Numbered from the stretch's first letter, positions 43,134-56,756 are shown. The stretch is DNA of 64,000 nucleotides from Blastocladiella emersonii ATCC 22665 (GCA_025594325.1 JANHCV010000012.1:186001-250000); one strand, 5' to 3'. The notes: generated by a model not told the origin, from the sequence alone. A program made the numbers and translations.

Positions 43134-43953
43134 ATGTCTGGAATCTGCATGGCCCGTCTCCAGGAGGAGCACAAGCAGTGGCGCAAGGGTATCCCGCTGT
43201 GTTGCATGGAGTCGTGCGAGGACAGCGGACTCACTGCGCTGCGCGTTGCGTTGCGTCGCTCCGCTAGACCACCCGTTCGGTACGCTGCGTCGCTTTCTCG
43301 ATGCTCATTGAGCGTGCTGATGACTGTCCATACGACTCCACAGGTTTCTTCTGCAAGCCCAAGAAGAACAACGACGGTAGCAAGAACATGCGCGTGTGGG
43401 AGGCCGGCATTCCGGGCAAGACGGGCACGGTACGCGGCGCGCGCGGCGCCCTACCTTCGCACGACTGACTCACCGCGGCGTGGCAGATCTGGGAGGGCGG
43501 CCTCTTCAAGGTCAACATCGAGTTCCCCGAGGACTACCCGTCTAAGCCGCCGAGTACGCTCGCATCGCCCGACCGCCGTCAGTCATCGTTGCCGCACTGA
43601 CGCCCGGCTGTCGCGACTCGCTGTGTAGAGGTCAAGTTCACGCCGCCGCTCTTCCACCCGAACGTGTACCCGTCGGGCACCGTGTGCCTGTCCATCATCA
43701 ACGAGGATGAGGGCTGGAAGCCCGCCATCTCGGTCAAGCAGGTGCTCCTCGGTGTCCAGGGTATGTCGCTTGTGCTACATCCGTTTTCTGGCCCAGCTCT
43801 GACACACCGTGCGCACGTCTAGATCTGCTCAACGACCCGAACCCCAACTCGCCCGCGCAGAGCGACGCGTACACGCTGTTCGTGAAGAACCGCGCCGCCT
43901 ACGAGAAGAAGATCCGCCAGATTGCCAAGGAGAACGCGCCCAGCGACGACTAG
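43134..43953 (+). CDS. UBC9: SUMO-conjugating enzyme E2 (5 introns)
   Basis: Spliced [55 protein letters not shown]. Confidence 0.93.
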
Positions 43954-44217
43954 GTCCTCGGGCGCGGGCGACCGCGGTGCTACTTTGATATTGCGTGAAT
44001 ACGACCGTGTACTGCTTTGCTCGACGTGTGAGTCCCAGACCGCCGACTTGCCTGAAGGTGCCGTCGCCACAACACGCAGCATCATGCGCATGAACGAAAC
44101 ACTCTGCATGAATTGAATTGCGCCACAGCGATGCATGACGCCGCCACAGCTCGCCCTTCAACTCGGTGGCTCACTGGCCCTCCGACTCACACTCTCGCCG
44201 GCCTCCCACTCCATGCA

Positions 44218-45050
44218 ATGAAAGCTCCAATGAAACGACGCACCACGAAGCACTCCGTGCAACGCGACGCTATCTTCCCGCCGGCCAAGCTCTGCGTCTC
44301 ACTTGTGATCAACGCGATCTTGGTCGAAGCGGTCCACGCGCACGACGACCCGACTGACGTGCCCGGGCTCGCTCAGTATGCCCGGGTCATGCGGCGCGAC
44401 GACACCCCCGGCGTCTTCCGCGCGATCGAGGCCCGTGTACTGTCGAACATGTCCATGGACGAGGCGAGCGCCGCCGGCCGGATCGACGTGCTGCGCATGT
44501 GGCGCAGATCGGGCCGACCGCTCGTCTTCACCGAGGACGCGTTCTTTGGCGCTTACGTTTACGGCCGACTCAACTCGTTCGCGTGGTGGCGCAAGTCGTT
44601 CGCCCCCCGCCGAACCTCAAGAAACTCTCTCTCATTCTCAACGACATGGATGACGATTCGGCCGCGATCCTTGCGCACCGTCTCCCGCCTACGCTGCGGT
44701 TCCTGCTCCTCAACGACGTTCTGCTCTCATCCAACGGCGCTTTGGCGATTGCGGAGGGGTTGCGCCGCACGACCAACCTCAAGTACCTGGAGGTCAGCTT
44801 CAACCCGTGGCTCGGCGACGAAGGCGCGTTCGCGCTGGTTTCGGCGGTCGACAGCACCGTCGAGGACGCATCCTTCACAGAGTGTGGTCTCACGGACGCG
44901 TTCTTGGACATGTGCGTGGCCGAGCTCAAGTTGCCCAAACTGATCGCGCTTTCGGTCTCGTTCAACCACTACACGGCCGACGGAGTCGCGCGGTTCATGG
45001 TCAAGTTCCCGCACGCTCAGGTCGAGTGGCGCCAGGAGGACGAGGAATGA
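44218..45050 (+). pseudogene. Internally deleted ankyrin-like/LRR gene
   Basis: N-module and MDEASAAG repeat joined out of frame near 44610 to the last LRRs, which match 49050-50486. Confidence 0.7.
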
Positions 45051-45304
45051 TCTGCGTGGGCTCGCACACGCTCTGCTGCTTGGTGTTGGTTATAAAATGT
45101 ACGCTAAGATTCGGTTGTAAACGGACAATTAAGGAGTTTTTTGAATAGTACTGCCATGCCTTTGACTGAAAGGCGTCGAGTGCATCAAAACGCGTCGGGT
45201 TTCAAGTGTGCGTGACTCTCCTCAGACACGTGCGGCTGCCCTTGCTGGTCGAAACGGCGCTCAACGCGTCAGCGGAGCTCGCCCTCCCCAATGACCGCAC
45301 TGCA

Positions 45305-48300
45305 ATGCAACGATCTGTCATGAAACACTCCATGCAACGTAACGCGATCATGTCAGCGATCAAGCTGTCCGTCTTGCTCGTTGTGAATGCGATCTTAGTC
45401 GAAGCCGTTCGACTTCATGACGACCCGACCGACGTGCGCGGTCTCATTCAGTATGCTCGTGTCATGCGACGCTAGGATATTCCGGGCGTGTACCGCGCCA
45501 TTGAGGCCCGCGTGTTGTCGCACATGTCCATGGACGAGGCGAGCGCCGCTGGCCGCACCGACGTGCTCAATCTGTGGGTCAAGTCCACAGTGAAAAAGCA
45601 CCCAGGTTAGGGCTGCGGTTAGGCGGGCTTAACTGCGGTGCGATCGCGATCGGCGCCACGCGCCAAAGTCCTTGAGCTAGCACCTCGGTTAGGAAAGCTT
45701 AGCTCGGCGTGCGGCTTAGGATAGAGTTTGGCCCGGTTTGCAACTCCATCACGCTAACCCTTCCCTTAACCTCGCCCTAAGCACTCCCACCGTTACTCAA
45801 TGAATACACCATGTATACTAGTTGCAACGCCTTCTATGTGCTCGTCCACGTCGGGACAGGGATCTCGCACGCGATCCAGCTTGCCCGCGTCGTCGTGGCG
45901 TCCACCGTGGTGATCGGCGCCTCGACCGTCCTCCGCCGCTCCGACCGCGTCAAGCGCCGGTCGCTGCACACGCGCGCCGTGATGGCCTGCACTGGAAGGA
46001 CGAGGCGGGCGCCGTCGCCAGCGTCCAAGGGCTCCTCGATCCGTCGCACGCCCGCGATCTCGATCCGCTTGGGGAAGTTGTCGGCGAGGTCGTCATGCAA
46101 GTAGTCGACCTCGTTGACGAGCGTCACCTGCGCAAAGACCTGGCCGACGTACTCGAAGAAACCCGTGCACCGCGCGAGCGCCGACACGAGTTCGAGGCCA
46201 TGAGTTGCTGGCGCGGCCGCGCTCCAGCGACGCGGGAAGCCAGTGAGCGGCTGCTTGCTCCCGCATCGAGCGCGGTATCATGACGCACGCCAGGCGAATG
46301 GACGCCAACACGGAGAGCGCGGCGGGAGACCGCGACCTGCATCAGATCCTCCCGCACTTCGTTGTGATTGTCCTTGATATCCTCGTTCCGCCGTTCACCA
46401 GGTACCCCCTCGTGTCGCCGTCCCTGTGCTGGCTCCAGGCGCTGTGTGTCGCGGCGGACCTGGCCACCGCCAACCGCGCTATGTACTGAGCCGCCCTGCG
46501 CGTCACCTCGTTCTTGCGCGACGTACTCCAAAGGCTCCTCGCCGTCGCTGCCGTCCTGCACGCCCAGCTGGCCACGGGCGCCGATACTCGCGCCCCGCCG
46601 CTCACCGCGGGTCTGTCCGCCGCCGCGTGCCTGCTCGCCGCGGGGCTCGCGCATGCGCACGTCCTTACCATGCTGTACCCTTGAGCGACCATGGCGGCGA
46701 CCGAAGATTGCCCACGCAAAGTCATCGGGAGCGTCATGTGCCGGTTCTGCATCTCGAGGGACCACCGCGCGATACCGACTCGATGGCGCCCTACTACGCA
46801 CAGCTGCGCGCCTCGCGCCACGCACAGTGGACTTCAACGCATCCGTCGTCGGCGCCAAGGGCGGGGCAGGTTTCACCCGGTGCATCAGTTTGTCGCGCAG
46901 CTCGGCCAGTGTGCGAGCTTCGTCCCCGCCAACCGCGAGAAGTTGGTGCATGACCTGCTGCAGTTTGAGTTCAGGCTCGTCGTCGGCGACCGTGTCACCA
47001 AGGTCAAGCGGCGTCGCCCCTCGTGGCGCAGCGCCAAGGTACGTGGACGCGTGATGGGCGTCTTTTTGTCGCGGTTGACTGACACGCCAGGGACGAGTGT
47101 AGATTGAGTACCTTATTGATCGAGTCCGCCCGACTGCACTCCACCATCTTGCCGAAACTGGCGAGGATGACGCATCCACGCCCGAACCTCAGCGTCACGC
47201 GCGCGGGAACCGGCGCCTGGCCGTCGTCGCAGTCGACCATTTCGCGGCCTCGCCCGAGATACCCATGGCGGGAATGCTTGTCCCTTTTGACGTGCGCGCG
47301 ACCCTCGGTTTCGAGCTGGCCGCGCCGCACGCGGACCCAACCATCGAGACGAACCACCAGGACCGGATTCGCGATGCCGAGCTGCTCGCAGAGCATCCCG
47401 ATGACCCGTCGCACAAGCTGTTCTACCCGCCCTCTGATGGTGCGTGAACAGGGCGACCGCGTCGCCGTTGCGCGACACAGCGCCAGGGCATCAGTTGGAC
47501 GCATTTGATTGTATTTCTTCCGTTAAATACGTGGCAAGCAGTGCCTTATTCAGTTCTGTCGTGTTGAAAAAACCTTTGAGGATTTTGCGACACGGGCAGC
47601 ATGACTCGTGCAACGGCGTGCGAGCCAGCCGTGCAGTTGTGGACGCGGCGGTCATCTGCACGTGACGCGTCGTGGGGTCCGAACAAGGTTTGGAACCCCT
47701 TCGCTCGCGTTCTTGCTGAGGCCGGGAGGGTCCTTCCGCCGCGGCGGTATTTAAGCTTCGCGCGCCCGCCCTCTGCTCAGCAAGGCACTCTTCTCCCCCG
47801 CGGCCGCCCCTCGTCAAGATATTCGCCTCGTATAGCATGCGCGCCACGGCCGACGTGACGGTGACGGGTACGCCTCCTCCCAGCTTGACCGTGACGGTCG
47901 TGTGTGTCTCGTCGGCCGACCTAACTCATAGCTAACCTGTACTGTGTCCGCTCGTCCTTGTCTAGGCTAAGGGAATCGGCCCAGGTCGGCGGGAAGGTCG
48001 ATGGCCATGGTCGGCCTGTTCTCGTCTCGTCGCTGATCCGTACGTGCGCTGCTGTTTCTCCTCCTCTCCGCCCCCACCAATGCCTCTCGTGGCATCTCGA
48101 CGAGTGTGCTGGCGAGCGGAGCCCGTCCTCACGGGCCTCGTTTGCGGGCCGCCGTCGCAAGGCGCCTCGCTCGTGCTCCTCGGACCGTTCACTGACGTCC
48201 TGCGTGCCGTGAATTGTAGCCGGTATCGCTCAAGCATATCGATGTACGTGTTCTCCTCATCACGACTCGGCGGTGGTGTTGGGCGGACGCGACCGCCGCC

Positions 48301-50486
48301 ACGTCCACGGCCGCGGCTTGCCGCTGCTGCTCGAGCTGTACCTGGCCATCATCGCGATGGCGGTTGGTTTCGGCTCGACGCGGCGGTCGCGAGTCGCGGC
48401 CGACGAGTACGGCGGTATTCGCCGTCGTGTTCACCGTCCCTGCTCGCGGGAGCGGCAGCGTGTGACGGGTGGCGGTCGCGGGCTGTGCGGTGTCCGCGGA
48501 CCAGCCGATCGGGGGCGGCGTGATTTCGGGCGGCGAGTGTGGCGCAACGCGTGGGACGCGTGCGCGAGCGCAAGCGGCGTGGCCGCTGCTTTAATCACCT
48601 CAATATACGTGATTTGCCGAAAAACGTGTCATGATGAGTCAGTAAATGATATTCAGCTGTATCGAGCCTAATTAGCTGCTAACCAGCTCCTAATCGCTTC
48701 CGATACTAATCTACGCTAACTCCGCACTAATCCGTCTCGCGATTAGTCGCACTTCTCTAACCTCGTCGCGCGTCAAACTACGCCTAAGCGCCTTCAAACT
48801 CATTACTTGTTAGCCGCCTGCTAACCGCGACGCTAGCTCGACTACTAGTCGTTGCTAACCCACAACCTAACCTCGCGTCGCTAACCCATTATCCTAACCT
48901 GGCCATGACTGGTTAGAGATTCGATCGCGCTAACCGGTCTCCTAACCCTTCTTAACCGTTCCGAAAAACCTAAGCGGTGCTAACCTACCCTAACCATGGG
49001 TTAGGAGCGGGTTAGGGCGATTTCCTAACCGGGGTACTTTTTCACTGTGTCGGGTCGGCGGCGTGCCTTCTCCAAGGATGCTTTCCAAGGTGCTCACGCC
49101 TATGGCCGCCTCAACTCGTTTACCTGGTGGCGCCGGACGATACCCCACAAGCGCATGCGTGTCCAGTTGCAGGTGTTGGGGCAATCCAGTGCAACTGCAG
49201 TTGTACCGGTACTCTTACAGCGCAGCAAGCCCACCTGCGTCGAAACGGGCAGAAATGCCGGCACAGGTCGCATTGCAGCCGGCGATGCCCTCGCGTTTTC
49301 ATTCGAGGAGCGAATCGCGTCGGACTCAATGACCGAGGTCACCATTTCGAACGCGCGGATCAGCAACTACGGTACCCGCGCCCTCACTCGAGCATTCAAA
49401 TCCCCGAATCAGGCCGTGACCAAGCTTGACCTTTCGTACACGGGCGTCACGCTCACCATGATTGTCAAAATGTGTCTGCCTGACACGCTCACTGAACTCG
49501 ATCTTAGCGGGAACATGCTGACATATTGCGCCGATACCAAGCATGCCTACGAATCGTGGCTGCCGCCTCGGCTCGAGCGGCTGAAGCTCGGCGCAAACTC
49601 GTTTATGACTCCCTTTTGCACCGATTTCCTCGTCGAGCTCCCTAACTCGCTGTTTCTGCTTGATCTTGAGGACAGCACCTTCTCTTGCGAGGCGTTCTGC
49701 AATCTCATTATCGGGCTCCCCCAAGATCTCGGCATCCTCACGGGCCTGAGGCACGATTCCTGGACGGACGAGGAGCTGTCCGCCCTTTTCGACCTCTTCC
49801 CCTTTGCCGTTGGTGCGCTTGAGCTGGACGCTCGGAACTTTCCAACCGAGGCCATTCCGCGCCTCGCCGATTGGCTGCCCAAATCGGTCGTCTATCGACT
49901 GAGCTTGAGATCTATCAATTTGTCAAACCTGGACGCGCTTCGCAGTGTCATGTCGAGCCTCTGCCCGGTCCTCAAGGTCCTCTCGTTGAGGAATAACGAG
50001 ATCAACACTTCCGAGGGGTTTGCTATTGTGGCCGAGCACCTTCCGCCACACCTCCAGGAGCTCTCCATCACCACGAACGACATGAACGATGAGTCGGCGG
50101 CGATTCTTTCGCACCGCTTGCCACCGACGCTCCGATTCCTGCTGCTCAACGACGTCCTGCTTTCGGCCAACGGAGCCCGCGCGATTGCAGAGGGGCTGCG
50201 CCGTGCGACCAATTTCGATTACCTGGAGGTCAGCTTCAACCCGTGGCTCCATGACGAGGGCGCGTTTGCGCTGATATCAGTGGTCGACAGCGCCGTCGAG
50301 TACGCGCTTTTCACTGAGTGCGGGCTCACCGACGCGTTCCTGGACATGTGCGTGGCCGAGCTGAAGTTGCCCAAGTTGCTCGTGCTCTCGGTCACTGTCA
50401 ACCATTTCACGGCCGACGGCGTCGCGCGGTTCATGGCTAAATTTCCGCATGTTCCAGTCGAGTGGCGCGAGGAGGATAAGGCGTAG
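45305..50486 (+). pseudogene. Ankyrin-like/LRR gene split by a transposon insertion
   Basis: ..VLNLWVKS (45585) rejoins in frame to GRRRAFSKDAF (49052) when 45586-49051 is removed; extra stop at 45473. Confidence 0.8.
45586..49049. mobile_element. CACTA/EnSpm (CMC)-like DNA transposon, 3464 bp
   Basis: 26-bp TIRs CACAGTGAAAAAG(C/T)ACCC(A/C)GGTTAGG; 2-bp TSD TC; dispersed CTAACC/GGTTAG subterminal motifs; fragmented internal coding with an intron near 47040-47090. Confidence 0.85.
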
Positions 50487-50890
50487 TGTGCGCGTTGATG
50501 TATCTGATCGAATGCCACTTGTCATGCACGCTTCTTCGCGGACTCTCCAAGAGGTAATTGTATATAATGTTTAACACGGCGTGCGTTGCGCCAGGGTAGT
50601 TGCTTGGCCCGCGTCCCGCGCGGAACTCGTTGGAGGACCTCCTTGCTGGAGGGTCTTAGCTGTATAGGGCGAGTCGAACAAAACTTTCACGTTCGCGACG
50701 CTGCAAATTAACGTGTTTGTATTCAGGAAGCAACCATGGACTTCTTTGATGCCAGCCTTCCGAACGCGTTGCGTTTTAAGTCCGCATGACTCGACATGAA
50801 CACATGCGCCCTCCCGCGAGGGTCCAAGTGACGCCCGGCGCTTCGGTGAGACCGCTATCCCCAGCGAGAGCTGCATCGCAACGGACTACC

Positions 50891-53157
50891 ATGAATCACT
50901 CCATGCATCGAGATCCAGCCGTGCCGCAGGTCAAGCTCTGCGTCTCGCTGGTCGTCAACGCAATCTTGGTCGAGGCCGTTCGCCTTCACGACGATTCGGC
51001 CGACTTGCGCGGACTTGCTCAGTATGCTTGCGTCATGCGGCGCGATGATATTCCCGGCGTCTTTCGTGTGATCGAGGAACGCGCTTGGACCTGTCCACAT
51101 GACATGTCATCGTATGTCGCTTGTCGCATGGTTTCATTATGATCTGGACTGGCGACACTCGACCGCTTCGGCCGTTGCGAGGCTGTCGACTGCTGTGTCG
51201 GACGCGCACGGGTGGGACAACCGCGACCACTGGCTGACTTTCATTGAATACCTTGCCCTTGTGGCCCTCAAGTGGTGACGGCCCGAGGTCCTTGCCATGC
51301 TCGAATCGCCCGAATACAATCTCGACAAGGAAAACTTTATCCAGCGCGTTTTCGACTTCGAATACTTTCAAATTGGATCGACATCATGCGACCCGTCCCT
51401 TCCAACCGATCTCGTGATTCAGACCCTCGCGTGGTTCACTGGAGCGCACGGAGAGAATGTCAACCGCGAGCTGTATCCTTCGGTTGCGGCAGTCTATTCG
51501 GTTACATGTAGCCCCGAGTGCACTTTCGCGCTGATCCGCCAGCTCGACACATACGACGATCTCCTCGGCCTTGCCTCAGACCTCCAGCAAGTAGTGGCTA
51601 CAGCAGCGCTTGGCGGCACTCGACTTGACGCGCTGCTTGACTCGGGCGCGCTGGGCGAGTACGAGGACCGTGTGCTTTTGCTTGCAAAGCGCGGCGTCGT
51701 GGACATGGACCTCTGGCACAAGCTCCTCCTCGTTCTCATCCGCTGTGAATCGCCCAACTTGCTCCGCTGCGCCCGCTGGCTCCACGAGGAGCTTGACTCG
51801 TTTGTCTACACCAAGGGTACGATCCGTTGACTTGTGCCAACTGAATTGCGCTCACCCGAGCAAGACGTCGTCTCTAGCTATTCAGTCTTCGATTGAGGTT
51901 TGCGACGCCGTATCGAGCTCTGGTGGTTTCACGGACGGCGATCGCGACTTGGACAACGGCTCCCTTGAAAACGCTTCGCTTTGCAGCGAGTCAGCTTCCA
52001 GCTCGATCGCCTCAACCCGACCTGTTGGCAATTTGATTCGAGACGTCACCAAGATTATTGAACTGGCGATGCGTCGGGGCCTGCACGAGTGCAACTTCAT
52101 TTCCATCAAGTCACTGACAGAACTGGCTCGCCTTGGTGCCCTAAACGACGTGCTTTCATTCGTCGCCACGTATCGTGGGGCATTCAGCGCGTTCCTCAAC
52201 TACGAGACCGTGTTTGCAGACTTCTTCAGACACGCCAGCTTGCGACTTGAGCCTCAGATTGACGTTCCCTATGGCCGACTCCTTGTGGCGCTTCTCTGCG
52301 ACCCGGAGACGTCCAGCAAGGTTCTGACTCAATTTACGCGTCAATGCTCACGCAGCTCGCCCGCGTGTCGCTTGCATCTCTACAAACTGCTTCTGCCTCA
52401 AGTCCGACACGGCCCCGGCCCTGTGCCACACTGGAACTCGACCGCCGAGGCGTACCTCGACTCGCTTCCGCTCGTCCATTTCAACCGCGCCGAGTTGCGC
52501 GCAGCGCCTCCGGTTCCTGTCAACCTGGAGGAGTTTCGGTTTGACAGCGAAGACGACGACGACAGCGAGGACGCAAATTCCGACTCGCCCGCGGAGCCCA
52601 CTTCGCGCTGGACCGTACGCGTGACGCTGCCCGCCGATCTTCCCGATCCGTCGTGGGCGCCTTGGCAGTACGCAATTCACTGCTTGCTGACCAAGGTTCC
52701 GGGCTTTACGGTCACGGCCGACCTGATCCCCAACGAGCTCCGCGTCATGCTCTTTTCGCGCGAAGCGCTTTGCTGCGCGGATTTCTTGCGCCGTGGCGAG
52801 GCCGCTGGCGTCGTCGCTGGGCCGGGTACCGAGACGGCGTGGATTATCGAGCAACTGCACCGCGCCGCGCCTGCAGTTCTCCTCAATGAACTTGTGCAGG
52901 TCAGCGTCACGAGCCCGCCGTGTGTGTGGCGGATGCTCCCGCGTGGCGCGCTGGACGGAGTCCGGTCGCCACGGTGGCTGCTCGCCGCCGCGTGCGTGGC
53001 GCTCGACCGCTTTTCTGGCAAGAACGCGGCTTTGGCGTTGTCCGCTCTCTTCGCTTCGGCAACTGAAACGGCCAAGTCGGAGGCGTTCCGCGCCATGCTT
53101 GCGGCCGAGAGCACGCAGCGCGGGGTCGACGCGTCGCGCTTTATTCTACCTGCCTAA
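50891..53157 (+). CDS. Helical protein carrying the family N-terminal module but no LRRs; introns probable
   Basis: KLCVSLVVNAILVEAVRLHDD module then ORFs 51297-51830 and about 51880-53157; candidate intron near 51817-51878. Confidence 0.5.
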
Positions 53158-53934
53158 TTGTGCGGTTTCATTCTCTCGCACCAAAAAATAAATGCATAGC
53201 TAGCGAGACGCGTACCGCCAATTGTGTGACGTTCTCATGATCGTTGCAGGCTCAACTCCAACCAAGGTTCAATCAAGCCTCGGATTGACAGGCTTGGACG
53301 GTTGTTCTGTTCCGCCATGTCCCCTTTGCTGCATGAAGTTCAGCGGAAAAAAAGTTTTATCGTCCGGGTGGTGCTTTGGGTAGCAGGAACGTCATGGCGG
53401 ATCCGTCTTGTCCACTCTCACATCATAGCAGGTGACAATGCCGCGAGGCAAAATATTCCAACCTTGGCCTAGGCCGTGCTGGTCCAGGACTTGTGTTAGT
53501 GATTGCAACCCCCAGTTTGTTGTCGCGCGCTTACTGTCCGCCAATAAATAGTGCTTAGATTGTCTTGGAAATCCTCTCGAATTTAATGAGTAGCTGTCGG
53601 CTCGCATGCGTTGGGCGTCGTTGAATCCCACGAACGCGGGCCGTGCTTTGGCACAACTGCCGATCTCCAACCGTCCATGCACTTGCGGTCAGCGGGATCA
53701 GCTTCGCGTAGACCTTGAATTGCGGGCCGCGTCGCCACGCGACGCGTCGTACATGTCGCGGCGCGGCGCGTCGATCGCACGGCGGTGATGCAAGCCGCGA
53801 TGGCCGTCCTGCGCCACATGCGCCACTCGCCGCGCTGTTCCGTTGCAGGACACGACCGCAACCGACTTTTTCTCCTTCACACAACGTTCCCGAGGTAGAA
53901 TCACCCTCCAGCTTACTGCAACCCCGCCTTGACC

Positions 53935-54664
53935 ATGTCCGGAATCTGTGCGGCGCGGCTCGATGCCGAGTACAAGGCGTGGCGCAAGGGTACGCACTCG
54001 TCGAGTGCTCTGTCACCTGGCGTTGCTCACTGTTCGCTCGCGCGCGTGTAGACCGTCCGGTGGGCTTCTCGGGCGGACCGAAGCGCAATGCGAACGGAAC
54101 GCGGAACATGCACGAGTGGGAGATTGGGATCCCGGGCAAGGCGGGCACGGTACGCCGTGCGCACTTCACTCTACCTTCTTACTTCCACTCACGGCTGCGC
54201 GAGTAGATCTGGGAGGGCGGCGTGTACAAGGCGCTGCTGCAGTTCCCCGCCGACTACCCGGTGAAGCCGCCTAGTACGCTTCCCTCTCTCTCCCCGCTCT
54301 CGCTTTCCCATCCCACGACGAGCTGACCCGCGCGCGGAGAGTAGACGTACGCTTCACCCCGCCACTGTTCCACCCGAACGTGTACGGCGGCGGCGACGTG
54401 TGCCTGTCGATTATCGATGAGCACGGCGGGTGGTCCGCGGGGATCACGGTCAAGCAGGTGGTGCGCGGGGTTCAAGGTACGGCATCCTTCTCGCGTCCTG
54501 GAACACGCACTGACCCGGTTCCCCCAAAAATAGAGCTGCTCGACGAACCCAACGTCAACTCGCCGGCCCAGCTCGACGCGTTCACGACGTACGTCAAGGA
54601 CCGGCCGGCGTACGAGCGGCAGGTGCGCGCGCAGGCCAAGGAGCACACGCCCGCGGACGAGTGA
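53935..54664 (+). CDS. UBC9: Divergent second UBC9-like SUMO E2 (4 introns)
   Basis: Spliced MSGICAARLDAEYKAWRKDRPVGF..WEIGIPGK..HPNVYGGGDVCLSII..PNVNSPAQ; catalytic Cys kept. Confidence 0.88.
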
Positions 54665-54758
54665 GGTATAGGTAGATGGAGAAGAACACGGATTTGTACA
54701 TTGGCGGAAAGGTGCAGGGTGTGGGAGCGATCAAAACGAGCGCGGCGGGTAGGGCGGA

Positions 54759-56073
54759 TCAAAACGAACGCGGCGGGACGGGCGCTGGTGGTGGTGGTGG
54801 TGAGGGCGACGACGCGAACAGGATCCCACGGCGCGCGCGCAGGGTCGACGCGAACGACGCCGTTGCGGTCGAGACTGCCCGCTCCTCTTCCCTATCCTCC
54901 TCCTCTTCGGACGGCAACAGCGGAACCATCTCGCCCGCCTCATCCACGAGCCGCGCGAGCACGCGGGCCGCGGACCCGATACACACGGAGCTGGCGAGCA
55001 GGAGGACGGGGACCCACGACTGGATCGATCCGGCGAGGTCCGGGTGGACAAAGGCGAGGAACCCGCGGGCGGTGAGCGAGTGGCACACGGCGGTGCCGAT
55101 GACGGCGACGGCCGACGAGATGGCGAGGCCGCGGCGCGTGCGGTCGACCATGTAGAAGATGGCGAGCACGATGAAGAGCAGGGTGCCCGACAGGAGGCGC
55201 GGGATTTGAGGGATCTTCTACTCGGGTGCGCGGAGAGGTCAGCAAGGGAGGGGGAACGCGAGAGAGATGAAGGCGTACCGAGATGGCGTAGTTGATGCCG
55301 GTCAGGCCGCCGAGACACCGCAGGATGAGCGTGCGCTTGCTGCGGAACCGGAGCGGGCGGCGCCATCCGGCGAGGTTCCCGCTCGCGTCATTGTCGCCGT
55401 CCTCTTCATCGCCCGAGTCGTCGGCAGAACACGCCGTCGCGGGCTCCTCCTGCCCCTCGCCAACGACACATGCCCCCGAATCCGCTCTTCCCATGCCCTG
55501 CACCCCGAGCTCGCCGACCCACGCGTCCGCGAGGAGGTACATCCCGCCGACAATCAGGGCAGCGGCGCCGCCGACGACGGGGAGCCAGTCGACGCCCAGG
55601 CCGCGGACGGCGAGGTAGTGGGTGACGCGGTGCTGCATGTGCAGGTGCACGATCAGGGCGCCGGTCGCGTACCCGAGCGCGGCGAGGGCGAGCGGGAGCA
55701 CGCCGTGCGAGCGGGTCGCGGCGCGGAGCACGGACGAGGTCGCGTGGCGCCATCGGTCGAGCGGGGTCGTGGGTGGCGGGGGTATTGGGGAATCGACGTC
55801 GGTTTCGGGTTCGGGAGCGGCGGCGTGGTGGTGGTACAGGGCGGCGTGTGGCGGGGTCGGCGGCGGGAGCGAGCGCGGCGGCGACGGGAGCGGCGGCGGT
55901 GCAGGGAACGAGTCATCGGCAACCGCGTCCTCACCGTCCGTCTCCTCATCGTCGTCGTGTAGACCGAGGTGGAACACGCCGCCGAGCGCTGCGGGCGCCG
56001 AGAGCGGCGGGCTGCGTCCGATGCGCGCGGGTGCGGGGACGGCGGGCGAGTGCATGGTGGTGGTTGCGGCCAT
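54759..56073 (-). CDS. INSIG: INSIG-family membrane protein (1 intron near 55205-55280)
   Basis: ILRCLGGLTGINYA, MVDRTRRGL, SSVCIGSAARVLA; multiple TM segments. Confidence 0.75.
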
Positions 56074-56756
56074 GTCGAACGAGGTGCGGGGTGGGACCGA
56101 GGTTATATAGCGCGCAGCAGCGTGCGCAGCAGGCCGTGAAATGAACAGCGGCGGGCTGGTCGTGAGAGCCGAACTGGAGCCAAGCACCCGAACGGCTGCG
56201 CGCGCAGGCGGGATCTCGGCTGGGCTGTATCGACGCGGCACAGCGCAGCAGCGAGGATGCGAGTCGTCAATGCGACTCTCGAGTACGGCGGCGAGTTGAG
56301 CTGAGCTTGGCTACGATCAGCGATCGCGGTCGACGACGGCGGCGGCGGCGGTAGCGGTAGCGTAGGACAGACAGCAAGAAGAGCGGCAGACGGCGGCGTG
56401 GATCAGGCCGGCCGTGGACGATACATGGAATGCATGGAGCGAGAGCGGGGACTGAGGGCGAGGGGGAGAGGAGAAGACTGAAGTCGGGTGGCGGTGGGCG
56501 GAAAGCGCAAGCAAATTTTCACGCGCCGTCTCCCTTCCTTTGCTCAGCGCGCGCCCTGCCCACGCGGTCCGCGTCGCGTCGCCGCCCACGCTCTCCGCTC
56601 CGCCAACGCGAAAATTAGAGCGGGGGCCATAAAAGGCGGCCCACGTGCCCATGACCAGCGCGTCCTTTGCATGCATGAATCAATCGATGAAACTGTATCA
56701 AGTGCGCTCGGGAGGGATACGTATGTACAAATTGCCGCGACAAAGCTACCCTGAGC

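Noticed and set aside
48665-49030. Interstitial telomere
   Set aside because: CTAACC motifs are dispersed with variable spacers, occur in both orientations and lie inside transposon TIRs; they are better explained as subterminal repeats
45586-49049. Transib/ProtoRAG element
   Set aside because: TSD is 2 bp rather than 5 bp, there is no nonamer at 12/23 spacing, and no RAG1-like motifs were recognised
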